Notes under the pieces: model-generated
What the model was told of the DNA's origin: nothing
The model's database searches: none
The model's input: only the letters and a program-made list of their open reading frames with translations
Made by a program: the position numbers and the translations under genes
Part shown: piece after piece, positions 8,965-18,833 of the stretch
How the letters are laid out: each line of letters begins with the position of its first letter
Position numbering within the stretch: the first letter of the stretch is position 1
Source of the DNA: Phycisphaerales bacterium
GTDB taxonomy: Bacteria > Planctomycetota > Phycisphaerae > Phycisphaerales > UBA1924
Direction of reading: 5' to 3'
Length of the DNA: 64,000 bases
NCBI GenBank assembly: GCA_045106075.1
Contig: JBGCEB010000014.1
Location: 25,842-89,841, forward strand

Positions 8965-11900
8965 TCATGGAGTATCGAAGCCAGCTCCCGAAAGAACTTT
9001 CATGATTCTCGGGCTTGCGAGATCATCCGAGTAGACACTTAGAGCCCGTCGCCACGCCCTCTGGACGTCGGGAGCCGAGTCACCGTTGGCCTTCATCGAA
9101 GCCGCCAAACCAGCCCAGCCTTCAAAGCTGCCAGGATCTTCTCGGGTGACGCGATCAAAGTCGGCGATCGCGTTTTCCCAACGCCGACTCGAGTAGTGCA
9201 ACCAACCACGCGTGCCAATGAACGCCGAGACAGGACGGAACTCGATTGCCGCATTGGCCAACTCAAGAGCTTCAGTCCGCTCGACCTCGGATCGATCGCC
9301 CCAAGTCAGAATTGCCGCGAGATTGTTCCGGATCGCTGCTTGGAAAAGGCCCGTCACACCATCGCGTGTCATTAACTCGCGGTAGTGGCGCTCCGCGTCA
9401 TCAGGCCGATCATCGCGCGATGCAGCCATCGCTGCGCCAAACAGAAGATTGAGGTCCTGAGGCGCCAACTCATCCGCTTTGAGATATTGCGCCTCAGCAC
9501 GAGCCAACCAATCGCCATCGGGCTCAACCTCACCCAACTCCCGAAGGGCGAAAGCCTGCGTCGCATATGCACTCGCATCTTGCGGGTCGCGTTCGATAGC
9601 GCGAGCTGCGACTTGAACCGACTTCTGCGCAAAGTCAGCCTGACGATCTTCAAACCGATCGGCAAGTCGGAGCCAAACGCCAGCAAGTCGGACCAGGTAC
9701 TCGTCGAGACCAGCTTGGTCCGCGATCGCCAACCAGGTCTCCGCCTGCTTGGGCGTCGAGGTTGCGGTCACCGCAAGATCAAGCCAAACAGTTGATCGGA
9801 AACCCGCCGATGTTCCAACCAGCGGCTCGAGCCTGGCTCGTGCAGCTGACTCCCCACGCTCAAAGATTTCTGATCGCCCAAAGAACAACAAAACCTGCCG
9901 GTTAAACGGCTCATCTGGGGACTCAAACGCGCTGCTCAAATACGGTTCTAATAGATCGAGCACTCGAGCATGATTCTCTTGCCGCTGCGCTGCTTCTGCG
10001 AGATAGAGATCTGGCTCTAAGCGTGAATCGGTGACGATGCCTCGCCACGCCGTCGCAAACTGTTCTGCTTCATCGAACTCACCAGCAGCAAGCCCAACAC
10101 GGGCCGCGATGCTCAAGAGACCAGGATCGCTCGTATGCCGACGGGCCGCAGCAGACGCGTCTCTGTAAAGAGTCGCTGTCGCTTCGCCGAGTGACTCTCG
10201 CTCCGCGAGGGTGTAGCGGACGACCGTTGCAAGTGTAACGTAACGCTGTTGAATCTCTGCGAGTTGCTCGATCTGCATCGATGGTGGGACATCAGCGCGT
10301 GTTTGCTCAAACGCTTCAATTTGATCAAACGCTTTCTGCAGCCGAACGACTTCTTCCCGCTGTGCATCGCTAAACCCGCTCGATGCGGCGCCGCTAGCTG
10401 AGCCATCGACCAACGTCCCCAAAAGCGATCGGACGGCATCTGCCGGACCGTCCTGAGCGAGCGTCACATAGAACAAAAGATCCGGATTTTGAGGATGCCG
10501 CTCCAATCCTTTCTTTGCAACCGCAAGCGACTCCTCTGATCTCCCCTGATCGCCATACAACTTGGCAAGCATCACTATTGCGTCCAGATTCGCAGGATTG
10601 AGCTCTACCAACTCTACCAGCATCGCTTCAGATTCTTCCGGCGTTCCAAAGCGAACCGCGAACTGTGCCTGGACGGTGGCCTGCTCGGCGTCCGTGAGTC
10701 CAAACTTGGCTGTGTCGGCAACGAACGCCTGAGCCTGATCTAGAAGACCAACCAGAACCATGCGTGCCGCAAGTTCATTGATCTCATCTACACCTAAATC
10801 ACCAGTCTCTGCCAGCACACTCAAGATGCGACCCGAATTCTCGTTATCTCCCAACGAATCGTATGTCTGCGCGAGCAGCAACCCGGTCCTCGTTCTGCCT
10901 GAACCACTCGTTCTCTCAAAGAGATCTTCAAGCAAATCAACGATGGACTCTGGGTCTCCAAGCTTGATGACTTCACGAACAAACCGCAACGCCACGACGT
11001 CATTGTCGTCTGCTCGGCGTGCTACTTCGTCGAGTGCATCCCTCGCCCCTTCTGTATCGTCACGAAAGCGTGACAACCGGACGATCTCGAGCAAGTACCC
11101 AACTGATTCCACTCCATCGATCTGACTAACAAGTATTCGAAACTGCTCAATGGAAGCCGGGTAATCCGGCTCGAACCGTTGATCTTCCAAGATCGTTTCA
11201 TCACACTCTTTCATGAGAGTCTGTGCAAGCATTCGGCGAGCCAACACATTCTGCTGTTCGCTCGCAACAACCGAGCGGATAATCGCAAGCGCCGCATTTC
11301 TCTCATCTCGATTTGGTGTGACTCCAAGCACTGCCTTTGCCCGTGCCAAACGAATGCGTGATGAGAGTGTGCGTCCGTCACTCGCAGTCAGCTGACGGAT
11401 CCGATCGATCATCGAATCGATGTATTCCAAATCATACTGAAATGTCGGCGAATCGATCGACTCAACGATCGTCAAAGTGTTCTTTGGATCCGCAGCAATC
11501 GCTGCTTCCCACATTTCCCGATCGCCCTCGATCTTGTACTCACCCATAAACGTTGCCGTCACGAGCAACCACTCGGCGCGATCCGATTCGTTCGAGTTTT
11601 CAACACCGGCCTGGAGCATCGCCAATGCCGTTTCAATCCGGCCAGCAGGATCACCACCGGAAGCACAATACGTGATCGCTGAACGAAGCGCGACCCGAGG
11701 GTTCTCAATCCGGTCCGGCAGTGAAACCAAACCAATCTCGTCACTGAGACCCAGTCCGAATCGGCGATCGACCTCAATAGCCTGGAGCGCGAGCTCGCTC
11801 TGGCCCGCGAGCGCGATGACATTGGCAAGAACCTCACGAGCTTGTTCTGGACGACCGTATGCGGCGAGAAGCGTTGCTAGAGAAACATCAATCTCTGCAA

Positions 11901-13581
11901 GGAAATCATCTTGAACATAAGCCTTAAGCCGCGTTGCAAGCTGAACTGCGTTTTCGATTCGCTCACGCTGAAGCTGCCCATTTCGCGCAAGCGCCGCGCT
12001 CACCTGAACACGAAGAATGAGCAATCCGACATTCTGCTGATACCCATAGGACTGAAGTAACTCATCGAGCAACTCGTAAGCTTCCAAACCACGGTCGGAT
12101 TCAAGAAGCGCACCGATCCAACGGATGTAAGGATCCGGCCAAACCATCGGCTTCACTAACAGTGATGCCTCACGCCACGACTCTATTGCATCGGCCGGAA
12201 ATCCCATTTGGGCGAACACATCACCAAGCAAGACCGGCAAAGTAGGTTCAAAGGTGTGACGCTCGATCGCGGTCGTCAGCGATGCACGTGCCGTGACTAG
12301 GTCGCCCTCTTTGAGGGCACGCCGAGCGATAAGAGCATCCAACCATGACTTTGCTTGGAACTGAAAGTCAACAGATTCTAACTCGCGCTGCAACTCGCTT
12401 GATCGCTCTTCGTCTCCGACAATCTCAGCAGCCATCGCTTGATAGCCAAGAATATCAACGAACTCTACCCGCCGCTCTTCTGGTACATCAATCTCGAAAA
12501 GCAAGTCAAACTGACCAAGCACAAATCTTCTCAACGCATGGTTTTCAATCAGCTCGGAGTCACCTGTGTCACGAGCGGCAGATCCCACGAGACTTGCTGC
12601 CGCAAGGAACCGACCATTGTGATCCAAAAACTGGATGGCTCTCCAAGCAACCTCTGGATCATCAATCTTGACTTCATCAATTGTCTCGCCATTGTCTGGA
12701 TTCAATCCGAAGATCGCCGCATAAGCATTGACAAAGTCTTTGTCAATCTTAGGCATTTCGCCTTTCTTGTCCGGAAGAAGCTGCATCCGCAACAACTGAC
12801 CACCAAGACTGCCTTCGGGCGTGCGCTCAACTGCATCAATCACAAGATCGCTTGATACTGCGGCTTTTTCTGAGCTCATTAGACCGGCTCGCGTTTCGAA
12901 TCCTCTCCGATAGGCAAGCCAGATATCACTGAACTCAGGCTCTTCCTCGGCGAGCAGACGCTTCTCGATAGCAATCGCGAACGGATCGGAGATGTCCAAA
13001 CTCGCACGCGCAAAGTACTCGTCACGCATGACATCAAACTCATCGGATGTCGTCTGGGCGATCGCGGCGACGCGAAGCTGGTCTGCTTGAGCTCGCTGGG
13101 CAGCTGTGAGCGTCCCCAACTCAGCCTTTGGGAACCCAGCAATACTGCTATCCCTTCGCCTATTTGCTTGCTCGATGACCTCTGCCGACAAACCCGCCTC
13201 ACGAAGAACGGAAATCAACTCGCGCGTTGCTTTGTCATCGTCTGGCACTCGGCGTAGATAGGCGCGATAAAGTTTGGCCGCGACAGCGTACTGCTGCCGA
13301 CGCGGAGCTTCGAGCTCTGCTCTTGATTGCGCTTGAGCCAGCATGGCATCAGGGTCAGCAAACTGCTCCCCGACCGCCCGGCTATAGCGCCCGAGCAATA
13401 CGACCGCCTGCTGATGGTCTCCCACTTCATGGGCTGCAAGACCATCAGCTCGAAACGATTCTATTTTCCGTGTGCGCTGCATGCCTGGAATTGTCAGCGC
13501 TGCAATGCCGCCCACGACGAGGATAAGGAATAGCGCACCGATCAATGCCAAACGACGAGCGGTCTTTGGTCTAAGCCCCAT
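8965..13581 (-). CDS. Giant membrane-anchored TPR-repeat protein (PrsT-like position in the exosortase operon)
   Basis: 1538 aa from ATG 13581. N-terminal TM MGLRPKTARRLALIGALFLILVVGGIAAL. The rest is all-helical A/L/E/R-rich sequence with many TPR-like 34-aa units (e.g. ...AEAQYLKADELAPQDLNLLFGAAMA...). Confidence 0.75.
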   Translation of the reverse strand: MGLRPKTARRLALIGALFLILVVGGIAALTIPGMQRTRKIESFRADGLAAHEVGDHQQAVVLLGRYSRAVGEQFADPDAMLAQAQSRAELEAPRRQQYAVAAKLYRAYLRRVPDDDKATRELISVLREAGLSAEVIEQANRRRDSSIAGFPKAELGTLTAAQRAQADQLRVAAIAQTTSDEFDVMRDEYFARASLDISDPFAIAIEKRLLAEEEPEFSDIWLAYRRGFETRAGLMSSEKAAVSSDLVIDAVERTPEGSLGGQLLRMQLLPDKKGEMPKIDKDFVNAYAAIFGLNPDNGETIDEVKIDDPEVAWRAIQFLDHNGRFLAAASLVGSAARDTGDSELIENHALRRFVLGQFDLLFEIDVPEERRVEFVDILGYQAMAAEIVGDEERSSELQRELESVDFQFQAKSWLDALIARRALKEGDLVTARASLTTAIERHTFEPTLPVLLGDVFAQMGFPADAIESWREASLLVKPMVWPDPYIRWIGALLESDRGLEAYELLDELLQSYGYQQNVGLLILRVQVSAALARNGQLQRERIENAVQLATRLKAYVQDDFLAEIDVSLATLLAAYGRPEQAREVLANVIALAGQSELALQAIEVDRRFGLGLSDEIGLVSLPDRIENPRVALRSAITYCASGGDPAGRIETALAMLQAGVENSNESDRAEWLLVTATFMGEYKIEGDREMWEAAIAADPKNTLTIVESIDSPTFQYDLEYIDSMIDRIRQLTASDGRTLSSRIRLARAKAVLGVTPNRDERNAALAIIRSVVASEQQNVLARRMLAQTLMKECDETILEDQRFEPDYPASIEQFRILVSQIDGVESVGYLLEIVRLSRFRDDTEGARDALDEVARRADDNDVVALRFVREVIKLGDPESIVDLLEDLFERTSGSGRTRTGLLLAQTYDSLGDNENSGRILSVLAETGDLGVDEINELAARMVLVGLLDQAQAFVADTAKFGLTDAEQATVQAQFAVRFGTPEESEAMLVELVELNPANLDAIVMLAKLYGDQGRSEESLAVAKKGLERHPQNPDLLFYVTLAQDGPADAVRSLLGTLVDGSASGAASSGFSDAQREEVVRLQKAFDQIEAFEQTRADVPPSMQIEQLAEIQQRYVTLATVVRYTLAERESLGEATATLYRDASAAARRHTSDPGLLSIAARVGLAAGEFDEAEQFATAWRGIVTDSRLEPDLYLAEAAQRQENHARVLDLLEPYLSSAFESPDEPFNRQVLLFFGRSEIFERGESAARARLEPLVGTSAGFRSTVWLDLAVTATSTPKQAETWLAIADQAGLDEYLVRLAGVWLRLADRFEDRQADFAQKSVQVAARAIERDPQDASAYATQAFALRELGEVEPDGDWLARAEAQYLKADELAPQDLNLLFGAAMAASRDDRPDDAERHYRELMTRDGVTGLFQAAIRNNLAAILTWGDRSEVERTEALELANAAIEFRPVSAFIGTRGWLHYSSRRWENAIADFDRVTREDPGSFEGWAGLAASMKANGDSAPDVQRAWRRALSVYSDDLASPRIMKVLSGAGFDTP

Positions 13582-13595
13582 GGATCCTCCTCGGG

Positions 13596-15017
13596 TCAAC
13601 GCCGCGTGAGCGCGTTGAATACCAACGCAATGGTCTGCCAGATAATATAAAGGTCAAGACGAAAGCTTGCACGTTCGACGTATTCAATGTCGTAACGGAT
13701 CCACTCCTGGAAATCAGCGCCATCCGCCCGTGTTCGACGGATCTGCCACAAACCCGTAACACCCGGACGGACACTCAATCGAGCCTCGCGCCAACCGGGA
13801 CAGTACTGATTTTCTGAATACGGACTCGGGCGGGGTCCAACAACCGACATTTGACCAACCAGTACATTCCAAAACTGCGGAATCTCATCGAGTTGTAGTT
13901 TCCGAAGCACCCTACCGACACGTGTAATGCGCGGATCGTTCTCCATGAAGAACTGAGGCCCATCGGCTTCGTTCTCCATCGCCAGCTTCGTTTTCATTTC
14001 TTCTGCATTCCGGAACATCGTACGGAACTTCAGGCAACCAAACTCTTTCGCATTGATCGATTCGCGGGTGTGGGCGAAAAAGAAAGGCCGACGATCTTCG
14101 ATGTAGATCGCTATGAAAATAAACGGGTAAAGAGGGATTGTAATCGACAACGCAAACAACGCGAACAAGATATCAAACCCACGCTTGAGACCGCTGCTCG
14201 TATACGGGGCCGCCTCTTCAATTCGACGCTCGGTAGGAACACCAGCCTTTGCTTCGATATCACCCCATGCAAGTTCTTCGGGATCAACATCAGCGTTCTG
14301 ATCGTCCCACATGACGGCCGGACCGATCGCGACAGGACTGTCTGTGAGCGAGCGACCCGCACCGATCCAAACGGGACCGTTGACACGAGAAGCATCAGGA
14401 GTCACCGATTCAGTATGTGCCCAGCCTGCGCGCCCAACTTTTCCGATCTGCGTGATCGTCGCATCGGGACGAGACCATGACTCGGCGAGATCACGAGCAA
14501 AGCGAGCATTGTCTCGGTCGATACCGGCCGAGTAGATTCGACCCTGCTCCCGCAGAGAACTTCTCAGATCAGATGGAACCAGACTACGGATCGCTCGCCA
14601 AGGGTTCCGGCCCGATTGAAGCGCCGACCAATCTCGTGCGATTTCAGGGTCCGTCGTAAACGCGACCCGCGCAAGACTCGATGCCGCGGACCCATATTCG
14701 CGACGGAAACGCAAGAACTGTCCGTCCGGACGTGCTTCAACAACCTCGTGATACTCGGACAAAGATCGGTCCGCGATGCGCACAAAGAGCAAGTCGGGCT
14801 TGAGCCAACACAAAAGATCCAACACACGCCGAATTGGCATGATCACATATCGATCAACCTCTGTCAGCAAATACAGCTCGGCTTGTGGCTTGATCTCCAC
14901 ATACGAACCAACCGGGATGACCTGCACACCCCTAGCGGCCCAAAAACGGGCGTGGAGTTGACTTGGAGTCAGTCCCCAAATCGTTGGGATTCGCTTTTCT
15001 TGCGCTGCCTGGATCAT
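13596..15017 (-). CDS. Undecaprenyl-phosphate sugar-1-phosphate transferase (bacterial sugar transferase family, EpsB/WbaP-like) with a long N-terminal domain
   Basis: C-terminal domain RPFFFAHTRESINAKEFGCLKFRTMFRNAEEMK...DPRITRVGRVLRKLQLDEIPQFWNVLVGQMSVVGPRPSP...RPGVTGLWQI is the canonical Bac_transf signature. ATGA overlap with the upstream gene. Confidence 0.9.
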   Translation of the reverse strand: MIQAAQEKRIPTIWGLTPSQLHARFWAARGVQVIPVGSYVEIKPQAELYLLTEVDRYVIMPIRRVLDLLCWLKPDLLFVRIADRSLSEYHEVVEARPDGQFLRFRREYGSAASSLARVAFTTDPEIARDWSALQSGRNPWRAIRSLVPSDLRSSLREQGRIYSAGIDRDNARFARDLAESWSRPDATITQIGKVGRAGWAHTESVTPDASRVNGPVWIGAGRSLTDSPVAIGPAVMWDDQNADVDPEELAWGDIEAKAGVPTERRIEEAAPYTSSGLKRGFDILFALFALSITIPLYPFIFIAIYIEDRRPFFFAHTRESINAKEFGCLKFRTMFRNAEEMKTKLAMENEADGPQFFMENDPRITRVGRVLRKLQLDEIPQFWNVLVGQMSVVGPRPSPYSENQYCPGWREARLSVRPGVTGLWQIRRTRADGADFQEWIRYDIEYVERASFRLDLYIIWQTIALVFNALTRR

Positions 15018-17254
15018 GGTTTGGATTGCTCCAAATCTCTGCCCTGTTCCGCCGCTGGACGCGAGCTAAACAGTGAACCGCCCAAAGGACCAACTCCTGA
15101 TCGTGACGCTGGCCCAGACGCTTGCTCTGCCGCCTGGCGTGAAGCCTGACGCGAAAAGTGCACCGACATGCTACTCGAAGACTGCCGAAGCTCCCCAATG
15201 GAAGCACGATTGAAGATAGTTGCAACGACCTGACCGCCGACACCACTAATTTGATCGACCGCTCGTTTGACAAGAGGGCGCAACTGCCCGCGTCCAACAA
15301 CCATCAACATGCCGTCTACAGACGGTGCGAGCAAGCCCGCTTCGATCGAGCCCAAGATTGGACCCGAGTCAATCAAAACGGTGTCATACTTATCACGGAA
15401 AGACTCAATCAATCGCTTGACAACCAAAGGAGACAAACGGCTGATCCGCATCTCGTCATCCATGCCCGCGGGCAGAATGGAAAGGCGATCAAACGATGTC
15501 GGCTGCACCATGTCGACCAAATCCGCACCGGTCGACGCGGCATCTGCGAGACTCACCGCATTGGGATGACCAAAGTGCAAACTCAAGCCTCGCCCGATCA
15601 AGTCAAGATCGATCAACAGCGTTCGATCGCCGCTCTCAGCAAAGGACAACGCGAGCGCGATGATCATGCTCGTCTTGCCATCGCCCGGCGCTGGACTAGT
15701 TACAGCGAAGATCGAAGTGTCATCGCCTCTATAGAGTATCTGCAACTGCGATCGGATTTGGTGCACCGCAAAAGCCGACGCATCCGCAAGTTCACGATCT
15801 GAAAGCGTGTCACCGAGATCAGGCAACACGCCCACGATGCGCGAATGCGCCGATTCGAGAATCCCATCATCCGAATATCGAATACGCCGCCCGGTAAAAC
15901 CAAGCCCGAGCATGCCAACGACGGGCAGTGCCCCACCGCCAATGAAACCAGCACCCGCAAGCTTGATGCGCTTGTCTGAAGACGGCCGAGACGGGCGATT
16001 GGCGGGGTTGGCAATACTGATTTTGCCAGAAACATCAGACGAGTCTTTCACGCGAGACTCTGTTTCGATCGCATCAATCCGGTTATCAACTATCAAAAGG
16101 TCTTTCTCGATGGTGGCTAACTCTGAGTATCGTTCGCGCAACAGCAGATTGCTTTCACTCAACTCGGTCTTGCGTTGCCGGGTCGCCGCTAAGGCTGCTA
16201 CAAGCGCTTCTTCTTGCCGAACCAGCTCTTCTCGCGTTCCCGCACCGCCGCCAGATGGTCCAGTGTTGCCCGCGAGTATTGACTCACGCAGGACGTCAAT
16301 CCTTCGCTTGATTTCCGATTCCACCCGATCCAATGCCGATTTGATTCGTTTGAACTGGCGATGCTCACTAAGCACTCCGTCTGCTGCGAGCTCCAGAAGC
16401 TGTGCATCCAGGACACGCTTCTGATTCACCAACTCGGCAATATCTGAATCGATCATCGCAGCTTGTTCAAGCGTCAGCCCTGTGGAGTTGCTGTTTTGCT
16501 CTGCTTGCTTGCTGAGGCGATCAAAATCTGAAATCTGTCGCCGTACGTCGTCGAGCAATATCTCTTGCCGTGCCTGCTTCTCGATTTGAATGTTGATCAA
16601 GGGAATCAGCTGGTCGGTGCCTTCTGCCAACATGACTTCAGTGATATCACCATCAACCCGTTCGCGGTCTTTGTTTAGCGAGTTACGGCGACTCTCCAGT
16701 ACCCCCATCCGATTTCGATTCTCCTGCAAGTCTTGGGAGCCATACACCTCTACATAAGCATTGATCAGAGCAGCATTCGCTCTTTGAGCCACTTCAGCAT
16801 TCTCATGCTCGAATGAAACATAAATCAGCTGCTGCGCGGCACGCGTTGTTTTGACCTTGATCCGACTGCCGAAATCTTCCACCGTTGCGATGCCTGATAT
16901 GGGCGCGACCGATCGCCACACATCCGAACTCATCGCAGACTCGATCGATCGCGAGCTCCGAATCAGCTGCGCTTGGGTCGACACAAAGCTCGCGAACATC
17001 CTGGGCGCTGTCGACTGCTCGGTATCAAACAAAATCTTTGGAAGAACTGGCTCGATTTTGATCAATGAATCCGAACGGTAGAGCGGCGATTGACTCAAAA
17101 ATCCTGCGGCTCCACCGGCCACTGCAAAGACACCTGCAAGCAAAATCGTGATCAGATAACGACCACGCAACAGGCGATGCAACATCAGGAACACGTTGGT
17201 GTGCCCATGAGACTCGGTCGATCCCCAATCCGAGTTGATCTGCGAGGCATTCAT
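15014..17254 (-). CDS. Polysaccharide co-polymerase fused to a BY-kinase-like ATPase (Wzc/EpsG-like chain-length determinant)
   Basis: N-terminal Wzz-like TM, long coiled-coil periplasmic region and second TM. Then the P-loop domain VTSPAPGDGKTSMIIALALSFAESGDRTLLIDLDL (Walker A/A') and YDTVLIDSGP (Walker B). ATGA overlaps at both ends. Confidence 0.85.
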   Translation of the reverse strand: MNASQINSDWGSTESHGHTNVFLMLHRLLRGRYLITILLAGVFAVAGGAAGFLSQSPLYRSDSLIKIEPVLPKILFDTEQSTAPRMFASFVSTQAQLIRSSRSIESAMSSDVWRSVAPISGIATVEDFGSRIKVKTTRAAQQLIYVSFEHENAEVAQRANAALINAYVEVYGSQDLQENRNRMGVLESRRNSLNKDRERVDGDITEVMLAEGTDQLIPLINIQIEKQARQEILLDDVRRQISDFDRLSKQAEQNSNSTGLTLEQAAMIDSDIAELVNQKRVLDAQLLELAADGVLSEHRQFKRIKSALDRVESEIKRRIDVLRESILAGNTGPSGGGAGTREELVRQEEALVAALAATRQRKTELSESNLLLRERYSELATIEKDLLIVDNRIDAIETESRVKDSSDVSGKISIANPANRPSRPSSDKRIKLAGAGFIGGGALPVVGMLGLGFTGRRIRYSDDGILESAHSRIVGVLPDLGDTLSDRELADASAFAVHQIRSQLQILYRGDDTSIFAVTSPAPGDGKTSMIIALALSFAESGDRTLLIDLDLIGRGLSLHFGHPNAVSLADAASTGADLVDMVQPTSFDRLSILPAGMDDEMRISRLSPLVVKRLIESFRDKYDTVLIDSGPILGSIEAGLLAPSVDGMLMVVGRGQLRPLVKRAVDQISGVGGQVVATIFNRASIGELRQSSSSMSVHFSRQASRQAAEQASGPASRSGVGPLGGSLFSSRPAAEQGRDLEQSKP

Positions 17255-17934
17255 CGCGACGCTCCTCCTCGAACCTCGGGCGCACCTTCGAGAAGCGTGT
17301 CAATCACGGGTGATCCGATCATGCGCATTTCTCCGAGCACCCACGCTCGATCCTGTTCGGGGACATCCCCGCTAAACACTATCTGTACTTGAGCCGCACC
17401 AAACGGTCGCGACTGGTAGTCAGAACCCGCCTGCCTGACACTCCGCATATCGGTCGTTGTCTCGCCGTTCGGAAGGATAAACATGTTGTAGACCACGATC
17501 TCTAAAGCACCCTGTCCAGATCGGCGTGAAAACCGATACTTCGCACCCGGCAACCCCCCGATATCCACATCGCCTGGCCCTTCGACCAACGACCAACCGT
17601 GGGCGGGATAGCAGTTCGGTGGATAGTGCCCCTGCATGTCTCTGATATCTTCACACTGGACCACCAACAGCGTTGGCGAAACCCCGCCTCGTTCTGCAGT
17701 CTGGTAACGGCGCGCGATGATGGCATTCGGACGAAGCAGCTTCGTGGCCGATGGAGGAAGCTCCACTTCTTGCCCAATCCACACGCCCGGATTCAACTCG
17801 ATTAGGCGCACAGATTCTCGGATTCGTTCGTGATACGCATCTGCAGCCGCCTGATCGACACTCACCCTCGATGAAATCGCCGCTCCACCAAGCAAAACCG
17901 CTGCGACCACCACGCTCATGACTGGGCCTTTCAT
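17251..17934 (-). CDS. EpsI-family exosortase-associated protein
   Basis: 227 aa from ATG 17934 (ATGA overlap with the exosortase stop). Single N-terminal TM (MSVVVAAVLLGGAAI), then HYPPNCYPAHGW, resembling the EpsI H-x-P-x-x-C-x-x-x-x-GW signature. Lies immediately downstream of the exosortase. Confidence 0.7.
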   Translation of the reverse strand: MKGPVMSVVVAAVLLGGAAISSRVSVDQAAADAYHERIRESVRLIELNPGVWIGQEVELPPSATKLLRPNAIIARRYQTAERGGVSPTLLVVQCEDIRDMQGHYPPNCYPAHGWSLVEGPGDVDIGGLPGAKYRFSRRSGQGALEIVVYNMFILPNGETTTDMRSVRQAGSDYQSRPFGAAQVQIVFSGDVPEQDRAWVLGEMRMIGSPVIDTLLEGAPEVRGGASR

Positions 17935-18833
17935 GCACTCCTCCCACTCATCTGGTGGGCCAACGTGAACCTGTAAGTCGGCACCAAGGCCCACCGTAGC
18001 GAACGCGTAATTCCCATGAGGATCAAGAATGCAAATGGCAACATCGCCCAGCCCGCCACTGAATGAAACCAGTCCGCAAGATTTTCGTCCGCATAGCCGT
18101 AGAGCAATACGGTGGGCGTCAACCGGAATACATTGCACACGATCGCCGCGATCGGGCTGAGAAGAAGAATCAAAAGTCTCACTGAGTTTCGAAGTGGAAC
18201 CGTAAACGCAAACGCATACGAAACCAAAAGCAGCGCAAAAACCATCCGCATGCCATTGCAAGCTTCATGCACCGCGACTTCGCGCTCATTGATGAGCAGC
18301 ATGTTGCCAGATCGTTCGACCCAATAACCCATCGCTTCGAGGACAACCCGAGTGACTCGTGCGGTCGCGTTCTGCAATGGGCCGGCAATGATCAAACGGA
18401 TCGCCCCTGGAACTGGCACCAACATCGCAGCCAACGCGACCGCCGGGGTGAAGTTGGCCATGACTTGAATGCCGACCACCGAGGTCACCGCGCCGAGCAG
18501 CATGAGCACAGCGCCGCCGTGCCACCCCGCTTGGAATGCGTTCTGAAAACTCACCGCCGCCAGGATCCAACCGATCAGAATAAGGATTGGACCCGCCCAG
18601 CTGAACTTGGGAGGCGAACGCCGAAACCGGATCGCCCGAACCCAAATCAGCCACGCCATGATCGGCGGTATGAGCAGGATGTGGCTCGATTCCTCATCGC
18701 GCCACGCGATTGTGAAGATATCCGCCCATTGAGAAAAACCAGCCCAAATCGCCAACGCGGCCAGACCCAGAAGCACGAAAAGCCGCACCCCACTCCATCC
18801 ATGACGTTCTGCGTTTGCCAGGACACCGTTCAT
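17931..18833 (-). CDS. Exosortase (EpsH/Xrt family transpeptidase)
   Basis: 300 aa with about 8 TM helices. Catalytic-type motif VAVHEACNGMRMVFALLL (compare exosortase ACSG[IL]R). Downstream NVFRLTP and HSVAGW segments fit the conserved Arg/His positions. Confidence 0.85.
   Translation of the reverse strand: MNGVLANAERHGWSGVRLFVLLGLAALAIWAGFSQWADIFTIAWRDEESSHILLIPPIMAWLIWVRAIRFRRSPPKFSWAGPILILIGWILAAVSFQNAFQAGWHGGAVLMLLGAVTSVVGIQVMANFTPAVALAAMLVPVPGAIRLIIAGPLQNATARVTRVVLEAMGYWVERSGNMLLINEREVAVHEACNGMRMVFALLLVSYAFAFTVPLRNSVRLLILLLSPIAAIVCNVFRLTPTVLLYGYADENLADWFHSVAGWAMLPFAFLILMGITRSLRWALVPTYRFTLAHQMSGRSA

Noticed and set aside
17935-18261. N-terminal 109 codons of the ORF-track EpsI ORF (and similarly 6136-6420 for the RmlC-like ORF)
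   Set aside because: These extensions lie wholly inside the upstream, motif-supported genes (exosortase; Wzy-like). Internal starts give ATGA/GTGA coupling and proper N-termini.
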